Source of the DNA: a bacterium
GTDB lineage: Bacteria; Patescibacteriota; Minisyncoccia; Phycocordibacterales; SBAW01
Length of the DNA: 51,974 nt
Direction: 5' to 3'
Assembly: GCA_005239955.1 (NCBI GenBank)
Contig: SBAW01000024.1
Location: 1 to 51,974 of the forward strand
The translations under genes were made by a program, and so were the position numbers. Within the stretch, counting starts at the first letter, position 1, and each line of letters begins with the position of its first letter. Below are positions 37,864 through 48,032 of this stretch, piece by piece. The notes below the pieces were generated by a model. It ran no database searches. It was not told the DNA's origin and worked only from the letters and a program-made list of their open reading frames with translations.

Positions 37864-38928
37864 CTACACGCCCGCCTTTCGGTGAGCAACCGCCTCTGCT
37901 TTCTCGCGCTGAATGTCACTCACAAACTCTTGAATGGCCGCTGCAATAGGAACAGAAAGTAAGATACCTAAAAAGCCGGCAACTTGGGCGCCAATAATAA
38001 GCGCGAGAATGACGAGAAGTGGCGGCACGCCGACGACTTTTTTAACGACCAGAGGGTAAATGAGGTGGTTCTCGAACTGTTGAATAATGAGATAGAAGCC
38101 AATGACGAGAAACCCGAGGCTGGTACCACCATCCACAAATCCGAGAATGACCGCCGGCACCGCAGCGATGATGGGTCCAAAGAGTGGGATAAGCTCCGCA
38201 ATTGCCGCAAGGACCGCCAGAAGGAGTGCGTAGCGAACTCCTAAGACCGTAAGGCCAAGGTAGGTGAGAACACCAATGATGAGTGCCAGGATGAGTTGCC
38301 CTTGCATCCACAAGCCAATTTTCTGCTGAGCCCGACGCCAAAGTCCCACCACGTATTCTTGATGCCGCACCGGCGTAATGACACGCAAAAAGTCATCAAT
38401 CCCTGTCTCTTGCATGGCGAAATAGAAGGAAAAGACGATGACAAGCACGAGCGAGAGAACACCGCCAAACACCCCCGACACGGTCTGAAGAAAACCACCG
38501 GAGAGGTTGGAGAGCGATGATTCAAGATTGCGAAGGATATCGGGAATCGAAATGTTCCCTCCAATTGCCCCCGCACCTTCAATGGCTTCTCGCGCGCTTT
38601 CTGGCACGTTGAAATTTTCGAGGAACTGCGGTACGAGGCTAAAGAAATTTGACGCTTCATTGAGAACCGGCGGAATGAAGAGGTAGAGAACGCCAAAAAT
38701 AGCACCAAAAACAATGACGTAGACAAGGAGGACTGCGAAAACACGCGGGACTCTATGTCCTACAAACCATTTCGCGCCCGGCTCAATAGCAGAGGCAATA
38801 ACAATAGCGGTGAGGAGAATGAGCACGAGGTCGCGAAGATAAAAGAGGAGCGCGACAAGAAGAACCAGCAAAATGACGTTGACTATTGTTCCGGAGCTTA
38901 TAGTGATCGTAAAATGCCTGTCGCTCAT
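37864..38928 (-). CDS. AI-2E family transporter
   Basis: Multi-TM protein with GQLILALIIG, IPLFGP, QQFENHLIYP, GFLGILLSVPIAA. Confidence 0.92.
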   Translation of the reverse strand: MSDRHFTITISSGTIVNVILLVLLVALLFYLRDLVLILLTAIVIASAIEPGAKWFVGHRVPRVFAVLLVYVIVFGAIFGVLYLFIPPVLNEASNFFSLVPQFLENFNVPESAREAIEGAGAIGGNISIPDILRNLESSLSNLSGGFLQTVSGVFGGVLSLVLVIVFSFYFAMQETGIDDFLRVITPVRHQEYVVGLWRRAQQKIGLWMQGQLILALIIGVLTYLGLTVLGVRYALLLAVLAAIAELIPLFGPIIAAVPAVILGFVDGGTSLGFLVIGFYLIIQQFENHLIYPLVVKKVVGVPPLLVILALIIGAQVAGFLGILLSVPIAAAIQEFVSDIQREKAEAVAHRKAGV

Positions 38929-38929
38929 G

Positions 38930-39054
38930 TGGAGTTAGGTAAACATCCCAATCTGCTTTGTCGCCGCCTCCGGTCCTCCTTCACAATAGGCTCGCTATTG
39001 CTCAGTTCAGTCCTCGACCGCTTCGCGCATCTCATCGATGTTTTCCAAGCTCCA
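38930..39054 (-). repeat. Structured repeat family A, copy 2
   Basis: Homologous to 13731-13847. Outer inverted repeat TGGAGTTAGGTAAACATC / GATGTTTTCCAAGCTCCA. Confidence 0.85.
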
Positions 39055-39092
39055 GTGTAGCATGGCCCTATTGCGCCACAACACAAGGCTCT

Positions 39093-40397
39093 TTAAGCTT
39101 TAAGTTTAGAGATGAGCTCACCAATGGCGACGCGCTCCTGCTCTCCTGAGTCGCGGTCGCGAACCGTCACCGTATTATTTTCGAGCGTATCGAAATCGAT
39201 CGTAATGCAATAGGGCGTACCGATCTCATCTTGGCGACGGTAGCGCTTCCCAATATTCCCGTTGTCATCCCATTCAATCTGCGGGATTTCTTTTTTAAGC
39301 ATTGCATATACCTCACGCGCTTTTTCGACAAGCTGTGGTTTGTTTTTAAGAAGCGGAAAGACCGCCGCTTTCACGGGTGCCAAATGTTTGGGGAGTTTAA
39401 GGTATGTGCGCTTCTCTCCCCCAAGCTCATCCTCGGTGTACGAGGAGAGGAGCACCGCAAGAAGAGTCCGACCAAGGCCAAACGTAGGTTCGATGACGTG
39501 CGGCCAGAAGCGGTCGCCGGTTTCTTCGTCGGTAAACTTTAGATCAACAGCACTGAACTCTTCGTGATTACGAAGGTCGTAGTCGGTGCGATAGGCAAGG
39601 CCGTAGAGTTCTTTGCGACCAAATGGCCAATCAAATTCAAAATCGACGGTGCGCAAACTATAGTGTGCGCGCTCACCATCAGGAACCTCAAGCTCATGGA
39701 CTTTCCCGCTATCTATGCCGACTTTGGTAATCCAGTCGTGCATTTGTCCTCTCCAGTATTCAAAAAGATCTTTCCACGCGGACGGTTTTACGAAATATTC
39801 AATCTCCATTTGCTCAAACTCACGCACACGGAAAAGAAAATCGCGCGGCGCAATTTCGTTACGAAACGCCTTTCCTATTTGTGCGGTTCCAAACGGGAGC
39901 TTGGGGTGGAATGAGTCGACTATATTTTTAAAATTCACAAACATACCGCCGGCTGTTTCGGGTCGAAGGTAGGTCACCGATGAGGAGTCCTCGGAAGCGC
40001 CAATCGATGTCTTAAACATCATATTGAACTGACCTGCCTCTCCGAGTTTTCCCCCACACTCAGGACATTTCGGCCCTTCCACATGGTCCGCGCGGAACCG
40101 TCGCTTGCACTTCGCACACTCGACCATGGGGTCGGCAAACCCACTCACATGCCCCGACGCTTCCCACGCTTTGGGGTTCATAAGAATCGCGGCGTCAACG
40201 CCGTACACATCTTCCCTATCTTCAACAAACATCCGCCACCACAAGCTCTTAATGTTGTTATTCAGCGCCACACCATAGGGTCCTAAATCCCAGGTGCCCG
40301 CGAGGCCGCCATAAATTTCCGAGCCTTGGTAGACAAAACCACGACGCTTCGTGAGCGCGATAAGTTTTTCCATAAGAGCCGAGTCGTGTGTTGTCAT
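39093..40397 (-). CDS. glyQS: Glycine--tRNA ligase, homodimeric (alpha2) type
   Basis: KRRGF..SEIYGG, LRPETA, FRNEI.PR..FR.REFEQMEIE, HVIEPTFGLGR, IGKRYRRQDEIGTP. Confidence 0.96.
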   Translation of the reverse strand: MTTHDSALMEKLIALTKRRGFVYQGSEIYGGLAGTWDLGPYGVALNNNIKSLWWRMFVEDREDVYGVDAAILMNPKAWEASGHVSGFADPMVECAKCKRRFRADHVEGPKCPECGGKLGEAGQFNMMFKTSIGASEDSSSVTYLRPETAGGMFVNFKNIVDSFHPKLPFGTAQIGKAFRNEIAPRDFLFRVREFEQMEIEYFVKPSAWKDLFEYWRGQMHDWITKVGIDSGKVHELEVPDGERAHYSLRTVDFEFDWPFGRKELYGLAYRTDYDLRNHEEFSAVDLKFTDEETGDRFWPHVIEPTFGLGRTLLAVLLSSYTEDELGGEKRTYLKLPKHLAPVKAAVFPLLKNKPQLVEKAREVYAMLKKEIPQIEWDDNGNIGKRYRRQDEIGTPYCITIDFDTLENNTVTVRDRDSGEQERVAIGELISKLKA

Positions 40398-41827
40398 CGA
40401 CTCGACTGTACCAGAGAGTCGCCCATCTGCCCAATGATTGAGCCGTAAGCTTCGGAGAGCTGGCTCGCCCCCTCCCGCTCACCCATAAAGAGGATGAGTT
40501 TATCCCCGTCTCGAAAGCCAAGTACCACCGTCACAATCCCGTCGCCAAGCGTATAACCAAAACCAAAGGTGGGAAGACCGCCTCCGGAGGTAAAGACGCG
40601 CGGCTCGCTTACCGAGCCGTCCGGATTATCACTGAGGAGTGCGAGCGCAAAGGCGTTTGCGTAGGCCGAAAGGGAGAGGTCAAACGGCTCGATAATGGTG
40701 AGCGAGACGTTTTCCTGAAAGAGGTCGAGTGCGCTTTCAGGTGGCGCCGTGAAGGTAATCATGGTGCCGTCTTCGTTTTCTTCGATCTTCCACGAGGCCG
40801 GATATTGGAGCGCGACGTCCCACCGATCAATGGAGTGGGTAACAAAATCGCGCACATCAGGATCAGGTTGGTACGTTGCCTCATCGGTAACGCCAGCGAT
40901 AAAATCGCGAATGAACGACGTCGAGAGAATGAGACCGAGGTTCGAGCCGGAACCATCAAAGTCTGTCGTCGTCCACGTCGGTACACCAATAAGGCATCCT
41001 TGCTCCGCATCAATGGCGATGCCGCCGGAATTTCCTTGATTGATGGAGACCGATGATTTGACGACCTCTCCATTATCTCCTCTGAAACCAGAGACGACTC
41101 CCTCCGTAAAGGTAAGGCTGTTCCCCCCAACGCCAGGATACCCAAGCGCCACCAACTTATCCCCGAGCTGAAGTGCACTGCCGCTCTCGTGGCAAATATC
41201 TTTCCATTTTGGTCCCAAGTCGGCACCGAAACCGGCCTGTGCCGGTGGCCAGGGGTAATCAATACCTTGATCCGTTTGACGAGGTGCGGTGAGATATACT
41301 TCTGCGAAATCGATGCCCGATACCTTGGTGCCATTTACGACGGCAATTTTATTGTGATGGAGCGTCGCGGCGCCCGCAAAGTAGGCCGCATTATAGAAAC
41401 CACCATCATCGGGGTGCGGGAAGTAAATGTTACATCCATGGAATGCCCCATCGCTTCCCACAACCACATGCGCGTTGGTTTCCACAACACCGCCATCCTC
41501 ATTCCAATAGTAGATACCACTGCCATGCCCCGCCTCCTCTCCCCCCTCTTCATCCATGCACGCCACCATAACGACATTAGGCACATAGGCTTCCCGAATG
41601 TACTGAAGGACTTCCGCTTCGGTATATGTCGTAGGGCCACCGAGGAAATAGTAGGCGGCCGCACCTCCTCCGCCAACCACCAAAAGTGCTAAAATTCCCG
41701 AAATAATTTTCCAAACCCCGCCGCGCCGCGGCGGAGTGGGGAGCGGAGGAGAAGCAACGGGAGCGCTGCTATTTTGCAAAGGAGCGGGCGGTGGCGAAGG
41801 GGGCGGAGGAAGAGGATTTGCTTCCAT
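40394..41827 (-). CDS. Membrane-anchored trypsin-like serine protease with C-terminal PsbP/DcrB-like domain
   Basis: Pro-rich N-terminus and TM; TNAHVV (His), IDFA (Asp), GNSGG (Ser); C-terminal LQYPASW...FQENVSL. Confidence 0.8.
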   Translation of the reverse strand: MEANPLPPPPSPPPAPLQNSSAPVASPPLPTPPRRGGVWKIISGILALLVVGGGGAAAYYFLGGPTTYTEAEVLQYIREAYVPNVVMVACMDEEGGEEAGHGSGIYYWNEDGGVVETNAHVVVGSDGAFHGCNIYFPHPDDGGFYNAAYFAGAATLHHNKIAVVNGTKVSGIDFAEVYLTAPRQTDQGIDYPWPPAQAGFGADLGPKWKDICHESGSALQLGDKLVALGYPGVGGNSLTFTEGVVSGFRGDNGEVVKSSVSINQGNSGGIAIDAEQGCLIGVPTWTTTDFDGSGSNLGLILSTSFIRDFIAGVTDEATYQPDPDVRDFVTHSIDRWDVALQYPASWKIEENEDGTMITFTAPPESALDLFQENVSLTIIEPFDLSLSAYANAFALALLSDNPDGSVSEPRVFTSGGGLPTFGFGYTLGDGIVTVVLGFRDGDKLILFMGEREGASQLSEAYGSIIGQMGDSLVQSSR

Positions 41828-41842
41828 GAAAGGCGAGGAATT

Positions 41843-43771
41843 TTATTGTACTACGGTTTCCTGGCCATTCTTAAACGACGGATCGTTATCAAGCCTTGTT
41901 GAAAGTGACGGAGCGCTATCCTCTACTTTCGTACTGGTAAAGCGATCGTCTCCCACTGCCTGTGCTGGTCCAATAAGATTTGGAATTTGATTGATCTGGC
42001 TCGTTGATGGCACGAGAACCACTTGGAATGCCGCTTCGCGGGCGGGCGAACCAAAACCAACTCCTGCTTTGAGGTCCCCAACATCCCAGACAATGGTGCC
42101 GCCTACTTCACTGAAGGTAATGCGCTCGCTTCCTGGCGACACGCGTCCACTCCACTGCATATAGGGTGGAAGTGCTGCGGACACTTTTACATTGGAGAGT
42201 GCATTACTTCCGTTCGCCAGGGACCAGACAATCGTATAGGTTGTTTGTTGTTCAACTTTAGGCGGCAGTGGCCCAGTGTTGCTAAAAGGTCCGGTGCTGT
42301 GAAGTGCTTTGGCAGAGAGGACGAGATCTGAGGCGACAACGACTTCCCGGCTGACGAACGAGCTCACTTCCTCCGGTACGTTATCTTCTCCGAGTCGCTG
42401 ACCTTTTACGCTTACCTCGAGAATCATTTTGGGATTACGGAGCGAACTTCCCCCTGACCCCACCGAAAGCGGTGCGAAGGTAAAGGACACGACTCCTTGC
42501 GCACCTGCGGCAACTGACATGAGGCTCGGGTCGCTCGTTTTATCCCACACGATGGTTGAATCTGCAGAGCGGTAGAATCCTCGCGAGACTGAAACACTTC
42601 TTTTATCAAGTGCTGACCCGGTAAGTTTCGCTTCGATCGCAACTTCCTGAATTTGATTAGGTAAGTTGTTGGTCCAGGTGATGTCCCCTCGCACGGTTTC
42701 GCCTCCCTCGGCCACCGTCGTCTTACCACTCTCACCATTGAGGGCTAAGGTAATGCCAATAAACGGGCGCTTCAGCACGATCGACTCAGTGGTTGTCAAA
42801 AAGGCAGTGCCAAGCGTTCGCACATCTTTCGGGTTTGCGGTACCAGCACTAAATCGAAAGATGCGCTCTTCGTTATCCTGCCCCTCGAGTCTCCCGGTAA
42901 TTTTTACGATGCGCTTGTCGCGTGGCTGTAAGGTCCCCAGCGCAAACACACTGTTTCCGTAGGAAGGTTGCGGGGTGGCAGTGGTAAAGGTAAATCCAAA
43001 TGGATATTCAAGCCGGAGCATCGCCGCTTCGATGGGTGCTGTGGCATTGCTTGCCACCGTGACGGAGATGACGGTGTCTTGGCCGGAGGTTAACTCTTCA
43101 ACGCTATCAACGGTAATGGATACAGGTGAAGTGCCAATGGTGATTTCATAGGCAGTGTCTTTTACAAAGATGGCATTTGACCCCTCAACGCGGTACTCCA
43201 GTTCAATAGCAATCGTGTGTGTACTCCCCGATTCACCAAACAGCACGGCTCGAACCGTTTTTTTAATTTCTTGTCCCGGCAAAATAGTGCCGATTGACTC
43301 GCGATGGCGCGGCAAAGGTACATTCACATCTTCAGCGCTTCTTGTGCCCTCGGGGTATTCAAGCAAAAGATCAGCGAGCTGGAGCGCTGCCGCATTATCA
43401 TTGCGGATACTAATTTCAAGAGAGAGTTCTTGCCCGCCATCAACGCTCGAGGGGCCATGTACTTCGAAGGCGACTTGAGAAGAAGAGACGATGTTTCTCC
43501 CACCAAAAAAAACAAAGAGTGCGACCGCAAGAGAGACCACAAAAAATGCCCCCGACAGAAGAAGGAGAAGTCCGGTATGAGAGCGTTTGCCGCGAGAAGG
43601 CGTCAGGAATGGATTGAGCGAGGTCTTCGGCCGCTCTCGATCTTCCCAGTGTTCCCGCGTCGACGAAGCGCCGGGGGATAGTGGCGCACGCGATGGCGGA
43701 ACTGCACTTGGTGTTCTGGAATAAAGCCCCTTCTTGAGGCGCTCTAAACTATGATTGTCTCCCGCATTCAT
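41843..43771 (-). CDS. Membrane-anchored multi-Ig-like (DUF11/CARDB-like) extracellular protein
   Basis: Single TM followed by repeated beta-sandwich-like segments (L.YP.GF, W..G.L). Confidence 0.65.
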   Translation of the reverse strand: MNAGDNHSLERLKKGLYSRTPSAVPPSRAPLSPGASSTREHWEDRERPKTSLNPFLTPSRGKRSHTGLLLLLSGAFFVVSLAVALFVFFGGRNIVSSSQVAFEVHGPSSVDGGQELSLEISIRNDNAAALQLADLLLEYPEGTRSAEDVNVPLPRHRESIGTILPGQEIKKTVRAVLFGESGSTHTIAIELEYRVEGSNAIFVKDTAYEITIGTSPVSITVDSVEELTSGQDTVISVTVASNATAPIEAAMLRLEYPFGFTFTTATPQPSYGNSVFALGTLQPRDKRIVKITGRLEGQDNEERIFRFSAGTANPKDVRTLGTAFLTTTESIVLKRPFIGITLALNGESGKTTVAEGGETVRGDITWTNNLPNQIQEVAIEAKLTGSALDKRSVSVSRGFYRSADSTIVWDKTSDPSLMSVAAGAQGVVSFTFAPLSVGSGGSSLRNPKMILEVSVKGQRLGEDNVPEEVSSFVSREVVVASDLVLSAKALHSTGPFSNTGPLPPKVEQQTTYTIVWSLANGSNALSNVKVSAALPPYMQWSGRVSPGSERITFSEVGGTIVWDVGDLKAGVGFGSPAREAAFQVVLVPSTSQINQIPNLIGPAQAVGDDRFTSTKVEDSAPSLSTRLDNDPSFKNGQETVVQ

Positions 43772-43807
43772 GGAATCTATGTATTCTACGACAAGAATAT
43801 GAAGGCC

Positions 43808-44389
43808 CTAGAGAGAGGATGCGTTGAGGGAATCATTAATCCGCGCAATCGCACTTTGCCGGATGGGCGAAACAGCCTCGAGAAGTTCGCGCGAGAGAGG
43901 CCGGTCGAGGTAGGACGCCAGCGGCTCTTCTCTTCCCAGGTAGCCAAGATGAAAGAGGATGCGAAGTACAATGACGCACTCCATGTTTTTCAATTCCTCG
44001 GTGGTCAAAGATGAGGTGGTTAAAAAAGAAAGTGAGTCAGAAAGGGTGGTAAAGAGAAGCGGCGCCGCCTCTTCTCCTTGAAGAAGCCGTCGGAGAAGAC
44101 GCGCCGCATTGCCGACAACCGCAAGGGTCGCCGGCGAGAGATTCTCCATACTTCTCTCGCTCTCCACTCCGACCAGTCGCCACTGCGCCTTCCCTCGAAC
44201 GAGTGAGACCATAACAAAGGTGCGCAGAAGGAGATGGTAGCGTAATTTTGATTTTTCGAGCCGTACACCACGCGCAAGTGCGCGGAGGCGTCCATGAGAC
44301 TCGGTAAAAAGATCAATGAGACGATTTGCTTCGCCGACCGATGTGCTTCCCAAAATAAAGGCCCGCGTTGTATAGAGATGCTCCGCCAT
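43808..44389 (-). CDS. recO: DNA repair protein RecO
   Basis: GEANR...LFTE.HG...A.ARGVR...SKL N-terminal OB fold. Start at MAEHLY. Confidence 0.85.
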   Translation of the reverse strand: MAEHLYTTRAFILGSTSVGEANRLIDLFTESHGRLRALARGVRLEKSKLRYHLLLRTFVMVSLVRGKAQWRLVGVESERSMENLSPATLAVVGNAARLLRRLLQGEEAAPLLFTTLSDSLSFLTTSSLTTEELKNMECVIVLRILFHLGYLGREEPLASYLDRPLSRELLEAVSPIRQSAIARINDSLNASSL

Positions 44390-44391
44390 AC

Positions 44392-47300
44392 CTATTTTGA
44401 AATCGCGATCGAGACGCTCCCGCAAGAGAGCTCAATACTCTCTTCCCCCTTCCCTTCCGTAAGACTCCGGAGGCCTGCTGCCTTCTGGAGTTCATCTTTG
44501 TGGGCAAGTGCGAGAGCTGCGCCATCTCCTTCAACAAAAAGAGCGGGGCGATCGGTTGGGGTGAGTCCGGCGCGTTTACGCAGATCTTGAATCGCGCGAA
44601 TAAGTTCACGGAGGTCTCCTTCCTCCCGGAGCTTTGGAGTAAGGACCACATCGAGGAGGATTTCGTCCTTCTGTTTCTCATCTATACGAACCTCCTGGAC
44701 ATTCACCTCGTCCTTAAGGAGCATTCGATAGGCATCTTTAAGCGCGTATCGCAGCGTCAGCCGGGAGAGCGGTTGTCGGATTTTGATGCCAGCCGCACTC
44801 CTCGCCTCAAGCGCAAGCGATACGGCGTGTCGTGTTTTTTGCATCTCTTCAAGAACAACCGTATCCGGCGTTGACGCCTTTGGCCATGACGAGAGATGCA
44901 CACTTTCTTCCTTTCCTCCAACTCCTCGGTAAACCATTTCTGCAATAAAGGGGATAAGTGGCGCAGCAAGAACGGCAACGGTCTCAAGAACCTCTCGTTG
45001 TGTGGCAAGCGCGAGCGTTTTGTCGCGCGCATCATCTCCTTTGGTGCGCTCTCTCGAGCGACGCACGTACCAGGTGGAATAATCCTCAACAAAGGCACGC
45101 AGCGTCTTAACGGCGCGCGGCATATCGTAGGCATCAAATGCTGCGGTCAGGGTATTCGTCGTTTCATCAAGACGCGCAAAAATCCATCGATCAAGGACGT
45201 GGGTGCTCGTGCGCCCCAAAACCGTCGCGTCCTGTTCTTGTCGGTACAAATCGAAGAATTTATACGAGTTCCAGAGGATGCCAATAGTGCGATTGTGCGC
45301 CTCCCGCACGTCATCGTCACGAAAATTAAGGTCCTCTGCCTGCATAACGACACTCCCCAATAGATAGAGGCGCAGCGCATCAGCGCCGAATCGGTCCATC
45401 AACACAAGCGGATCGGTATAATTTCCTTTCGACTTACTCATTTTTGAACCATCCTGCGAAAGGATGGTGCCGGTCGAGACAACGGTTTTAAATGCGCGTG
45501 CATTGAAAAGAAGCACTCCCATGGCGTGCATGTAGTAAAACCAGGTGCGTGTTTGCGCGATGTACTCCGCAATAAAATCACCCGGGAATCGTTTACGCTT
45601 CTTTAGAAGTCCGCCGCGCGGATCAAAGTGTGGGAGAGGATGCCCAACATAATGCTCCGCCGCAAAAGGCATCGAGCCCGACTCAACCCAGCAGTCAACG
45701 ACTTCCGCAATGCGCGTCAGTGGCTCGCCCCCCTCATCTTCAAGCGGCAGTTCATCAATGTAGGGGCGATGGAGATCGAGGTCAAATTCTTCATTGTGTG
45801 GGTAGGGCGTAAATGACAGGACGCGGTATTCAGCGTTTTGAAGATATGCTTCTTGCTCGTGATAGGGTTTCTCTTTTGGTGCGAAGACGCTACAGGACTG
45901 ACACGCCGCAACCTGCTCGAGAATAAACCCGGGTTCCGCATGGGTCACCATAAGAATTTTTTTGTTGGCATACGTCGCATCAACCGCAAAGAGGAACGCT
46001 CCCATGCGACGACGAAGATCATTCATGGTCTCTGCGGCATCAATCTTTTTATGGAGGCGTTCAAAATAATTTGAGAAAAGCGCAATCCAATCGGCGCGTG
46101 ACTGCCCTGAATAGGCCCCAAACCCGACTTCTCGCAGTCGCGGATCAACGACAAGCGCGCTCTCGGAGAGTCCAAGCGTATGCCGAACCAATTCAGCAGT
46201 TTCTTTGGCACGTGGAAGCGGAGAGGAAATGATGAGATCAATCTTCTCGTCGCGAAGTGTAAGCGCTGACGCGCGCACTTGTTCCTTTCCTTTCGTGGTG
46301 AGGTGGTTGTCTGCCATCGTGCCGGAGTCAACGAGCGCTTCGACATTACTTTTCGCCTCTCCGTGTCGCATGACGATATAACGATTGCCGGAGGGCTTCA
46401 CGAGGGAGAGGAATTCCGCAACTGAACCGATAACCCGCAACGCGCCGTTTTTTGTTTTCCAAATAGGAAGGGGTGAGGCCCAGTAGCGGTTCCGAGAGAT
46501 CGTCCAGTCAGGCGCACTCTCCACAATATTCTTAAAACGCCCTTGTTTAAGATGCGCCGGCACCCACGTTACCTTCTCGTTTTCTGACAGCATGGCTCCT
46601 TTCACTTTTTGAATATTAAGAAACCACGATGTGACTGCGTTATAGATAAGGGGGGTCCCACAACGGTAGCAGTGAGGATAAGAGTGAGTATTCATTTCGC
46701 GCGCAAAAAGAAGCCCGCGCTTCTCAAGATCGGCAACAATGTCCTTTTCTACCTTCTTGATGTACTGCCCGCGCAAAAATGTCGGAGCGTTCTCGTTGTA
46801 ATTCGCTCCTGCGTCAAGGAGCTGTACCATCGGAAGATTTTCTTTCTGCCCGAGCGCAAAGTCATCTTCGCCGTACATAACGGCGGTATGGACAATCCCC
46901 GTTCCCTCTTCGGTTGAAACAAAATCCGCATCATATACTTTGTACGATGTGGCGGAGCGAAGCACGGGTATGTCAAAAAGTGGCTCGTATTCTATACCAA
47001 CCAAGTCTTTCCCAAGAACTTTTTTTTGAACCTCCATCCCTGCGGGAGTTAAGGCTTCGGCAGCAATGACCGTGCCTCTCCCGTCTATTCCAACTGCATA
47101 GCTCATATCAGATTTAACTGCCAGAGCGACGTTACCGGGAAGCGTCCACGGTGTCGTCGTCCACGCAAGCAGATAGGTATTTTCCGGAAGTCCGTGCTTT
47201 GAAGGATTGTTTGCTTTAAACTTCACCGTCACCGCTTCTTCGGTGAGGTCTTTGTAGGTGTGGTCCATCGCGATTTCCGCTTTCGCTAAGGGTGTCTCGC

Positions 47301-47850
47301 AGTGCGGGCAGTACATGAGGACCTTCCGTCCTTCATAGAGAAGCCCCTTCGTGTAGAGTTCTTTGAGGGCCCACCACACGCTCTCGATGTAGGAGGAGTC
47401 CATCGTTTTGTAGGAGTTTTCAAAATCCACAAAGCGGCCCACCCGATCGACATATTGCTTCCAGTCATCAACATACTGAAGAACCGAGAGACGGGCCTCA
47501 CGATTAAAGGTACCCACGCCAATCTTTTCGATATCTTTTTTTGTTTTGAGTCCTAACTTTTTTTCAATGAGGCTTTCAATGGGGAGCCCATGGCAGTCCC
47601 ACCCCCAGCGACGCGGTACACGATACCCCTGCATTGTTTTGTAGCGGGGCACCACATCTTTAATAATGAACGAAAGAAGATTGCCGACATGGGGGAGCCC
47701 TGTGGCGAACGGCGGCCCGTCGTAGAAGACAAATTCGCCTTTGGGCGCATCCTTTTTGAGTGACTTCTCGAAGATGTGATGTTTTTTCCAAAAGGAAACA
47801 ATGTCTTCTTCCCGCTTCGCCGTCTCTGATTTCTGTTGATTTTCGGCCAT
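44392..47850 (-). CDS. ileS: Isoleucine--tRNA ligase (type 2-like) with an inserted histidine-phosphatase-superfamily domain
   Basis: DGPPFATGLPH, GWDCHGLP, WTTTPWTLP, GTGIVH, WTISRNRYW, QTRTWFY, KMSKS. The insert contains MRHGEA and SSPLPRAKETA. Start at MAENQQ. Confidence 0.93.
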   Translation of the reverse strand: MAENQQKSETAKREEDIVSFWKKHHIFEKSLKKDAPKGEFVFYDGPPFATGLPHVGNLLSFIIKDVVPRYKTMQGYRVPRRWGWDCHGLPIESLIEKKLGLKTKKDIEKIGVGTFNREARLSVLQYVDDWKQYVDRVGRFVDFENSYKTMDSSYIESVWWALKELYTKGLLYEGRKVLMYCPHCETPLAKAEIAMDHTYKDLTEEAVTVKFKANNPSKHGLPENTYLLAWTTTPWTLPGNVALAVKSDMSYAVGIDGRGTVIAAEALTPAGMEVQKKVLGKDLVGIEYEPLFDIPVLRSATSYKVYDADFVSTEEGTGIVHTAVMYGEDDFALGQKENLPMVQLLDAGANYNENAPTFLRGQYIKKVEKDIVADLEKRGLLFAREMNTHSYPHCYRCGTPLIYNAVTSWFLNIQKVKGAMLSENEKVTWVPAHLKQGRFKNIVESAPDWTISRNRYWASPLPIWKTKNGALRVIGSVAEFLSLVKPSGNRYIVMRHGEAKSNVEALVDSGTMADNHLTTKGKEQVRASALTLRDEKIDLIISSPLPRAKETAELVRHTLGLSESALVVDPRLREVGFGAYSGQSRADWIALFSNYFERLHKKIDAAETMNDLRRRMGAFLFAVDATYANKKILMVTHAEPGFILEQVAACQSCSVFAPKEKPYHEQEAYLQNAEYRVLSFTPYPHNEEFDLDLHRPYIDELPLEDEGGEPLTRIAEVVDCWVESGSMPFAAEHYVGHPLPHFDPRGGLLKKRKRFPGDFIAEYIAQTRTWFYYMHAMGVLLFNARAFKTVVSTGTILSQDGSKMSKSKGNYTDPLVLMDRFGADALRLYLLGSVVMQAEDLNFRDDDVREAHNRTIGILWNSYKFFDLYRQEQDATVLGRTSTHVLDRWIFARLDETTNTLTAAFDAYDMPRAVKTLRAFVEDYSTWYVRRSRERTKGDDARDKTLALATQREVLETVAVLAAPLIPFIAEMVYRGVGGKEESVHLSSWPKASTPDTVVLEEMQKTRHAVSLALEARSAAGIKIRQPLSRLTLRYALKDAYRMLLKDEVNVQEVRIDEKQKDEILLDVVLTPKLREEGDLRELIRAIQDLRKRAGLTPTDRPALFVEGDGAALALAHKDELQKAAGLRSLTEGKGEESIELSCGSVSIAISK

Positions 47851-47934
47851 ATATTGGCCATATGGTATCACGAATACAGCGAAATTTATTAAAGGTACCC
47901 ATCTTTTTCTAAATTTCCCTAAACACACCAGTGA

Positions 47935-48023
47935 GGAGTTCTCCTTTGGAATCCTCGCACAGGCGAGTAGCCGAGCGGAGCGGCCAGTATCAAGTGGGAC
48001 GCGTGATTTCAAAGAAGAACTCC
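47935..48023. repeat. Inverted-repeat-bounded intergenic element between argS and ileS
   Basis: GGAGTTCTCCTTTGGAATC / GATTTCAAAGAAGAACTCC. Confidence 0.55.
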
Positions 48024-48032
48024 GAGCGCCTT

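Noticed and set aside
47881-47930. Possible T-box upstream of ileS (AAAGATGGGTACC on the minus strand)
   Set aside because: It lacks the GGTGGnACC consensus, a recognisable stem I and a terminator, and a -10 box sits right before the ileS start.
47851-48012. N-terminal extension of IleRS in the ORF track (MKSRVP...)
   Set aside because: It runs through an inverted-repeat element and AT-rich spacer; MAENQQ at 47850 fits better.
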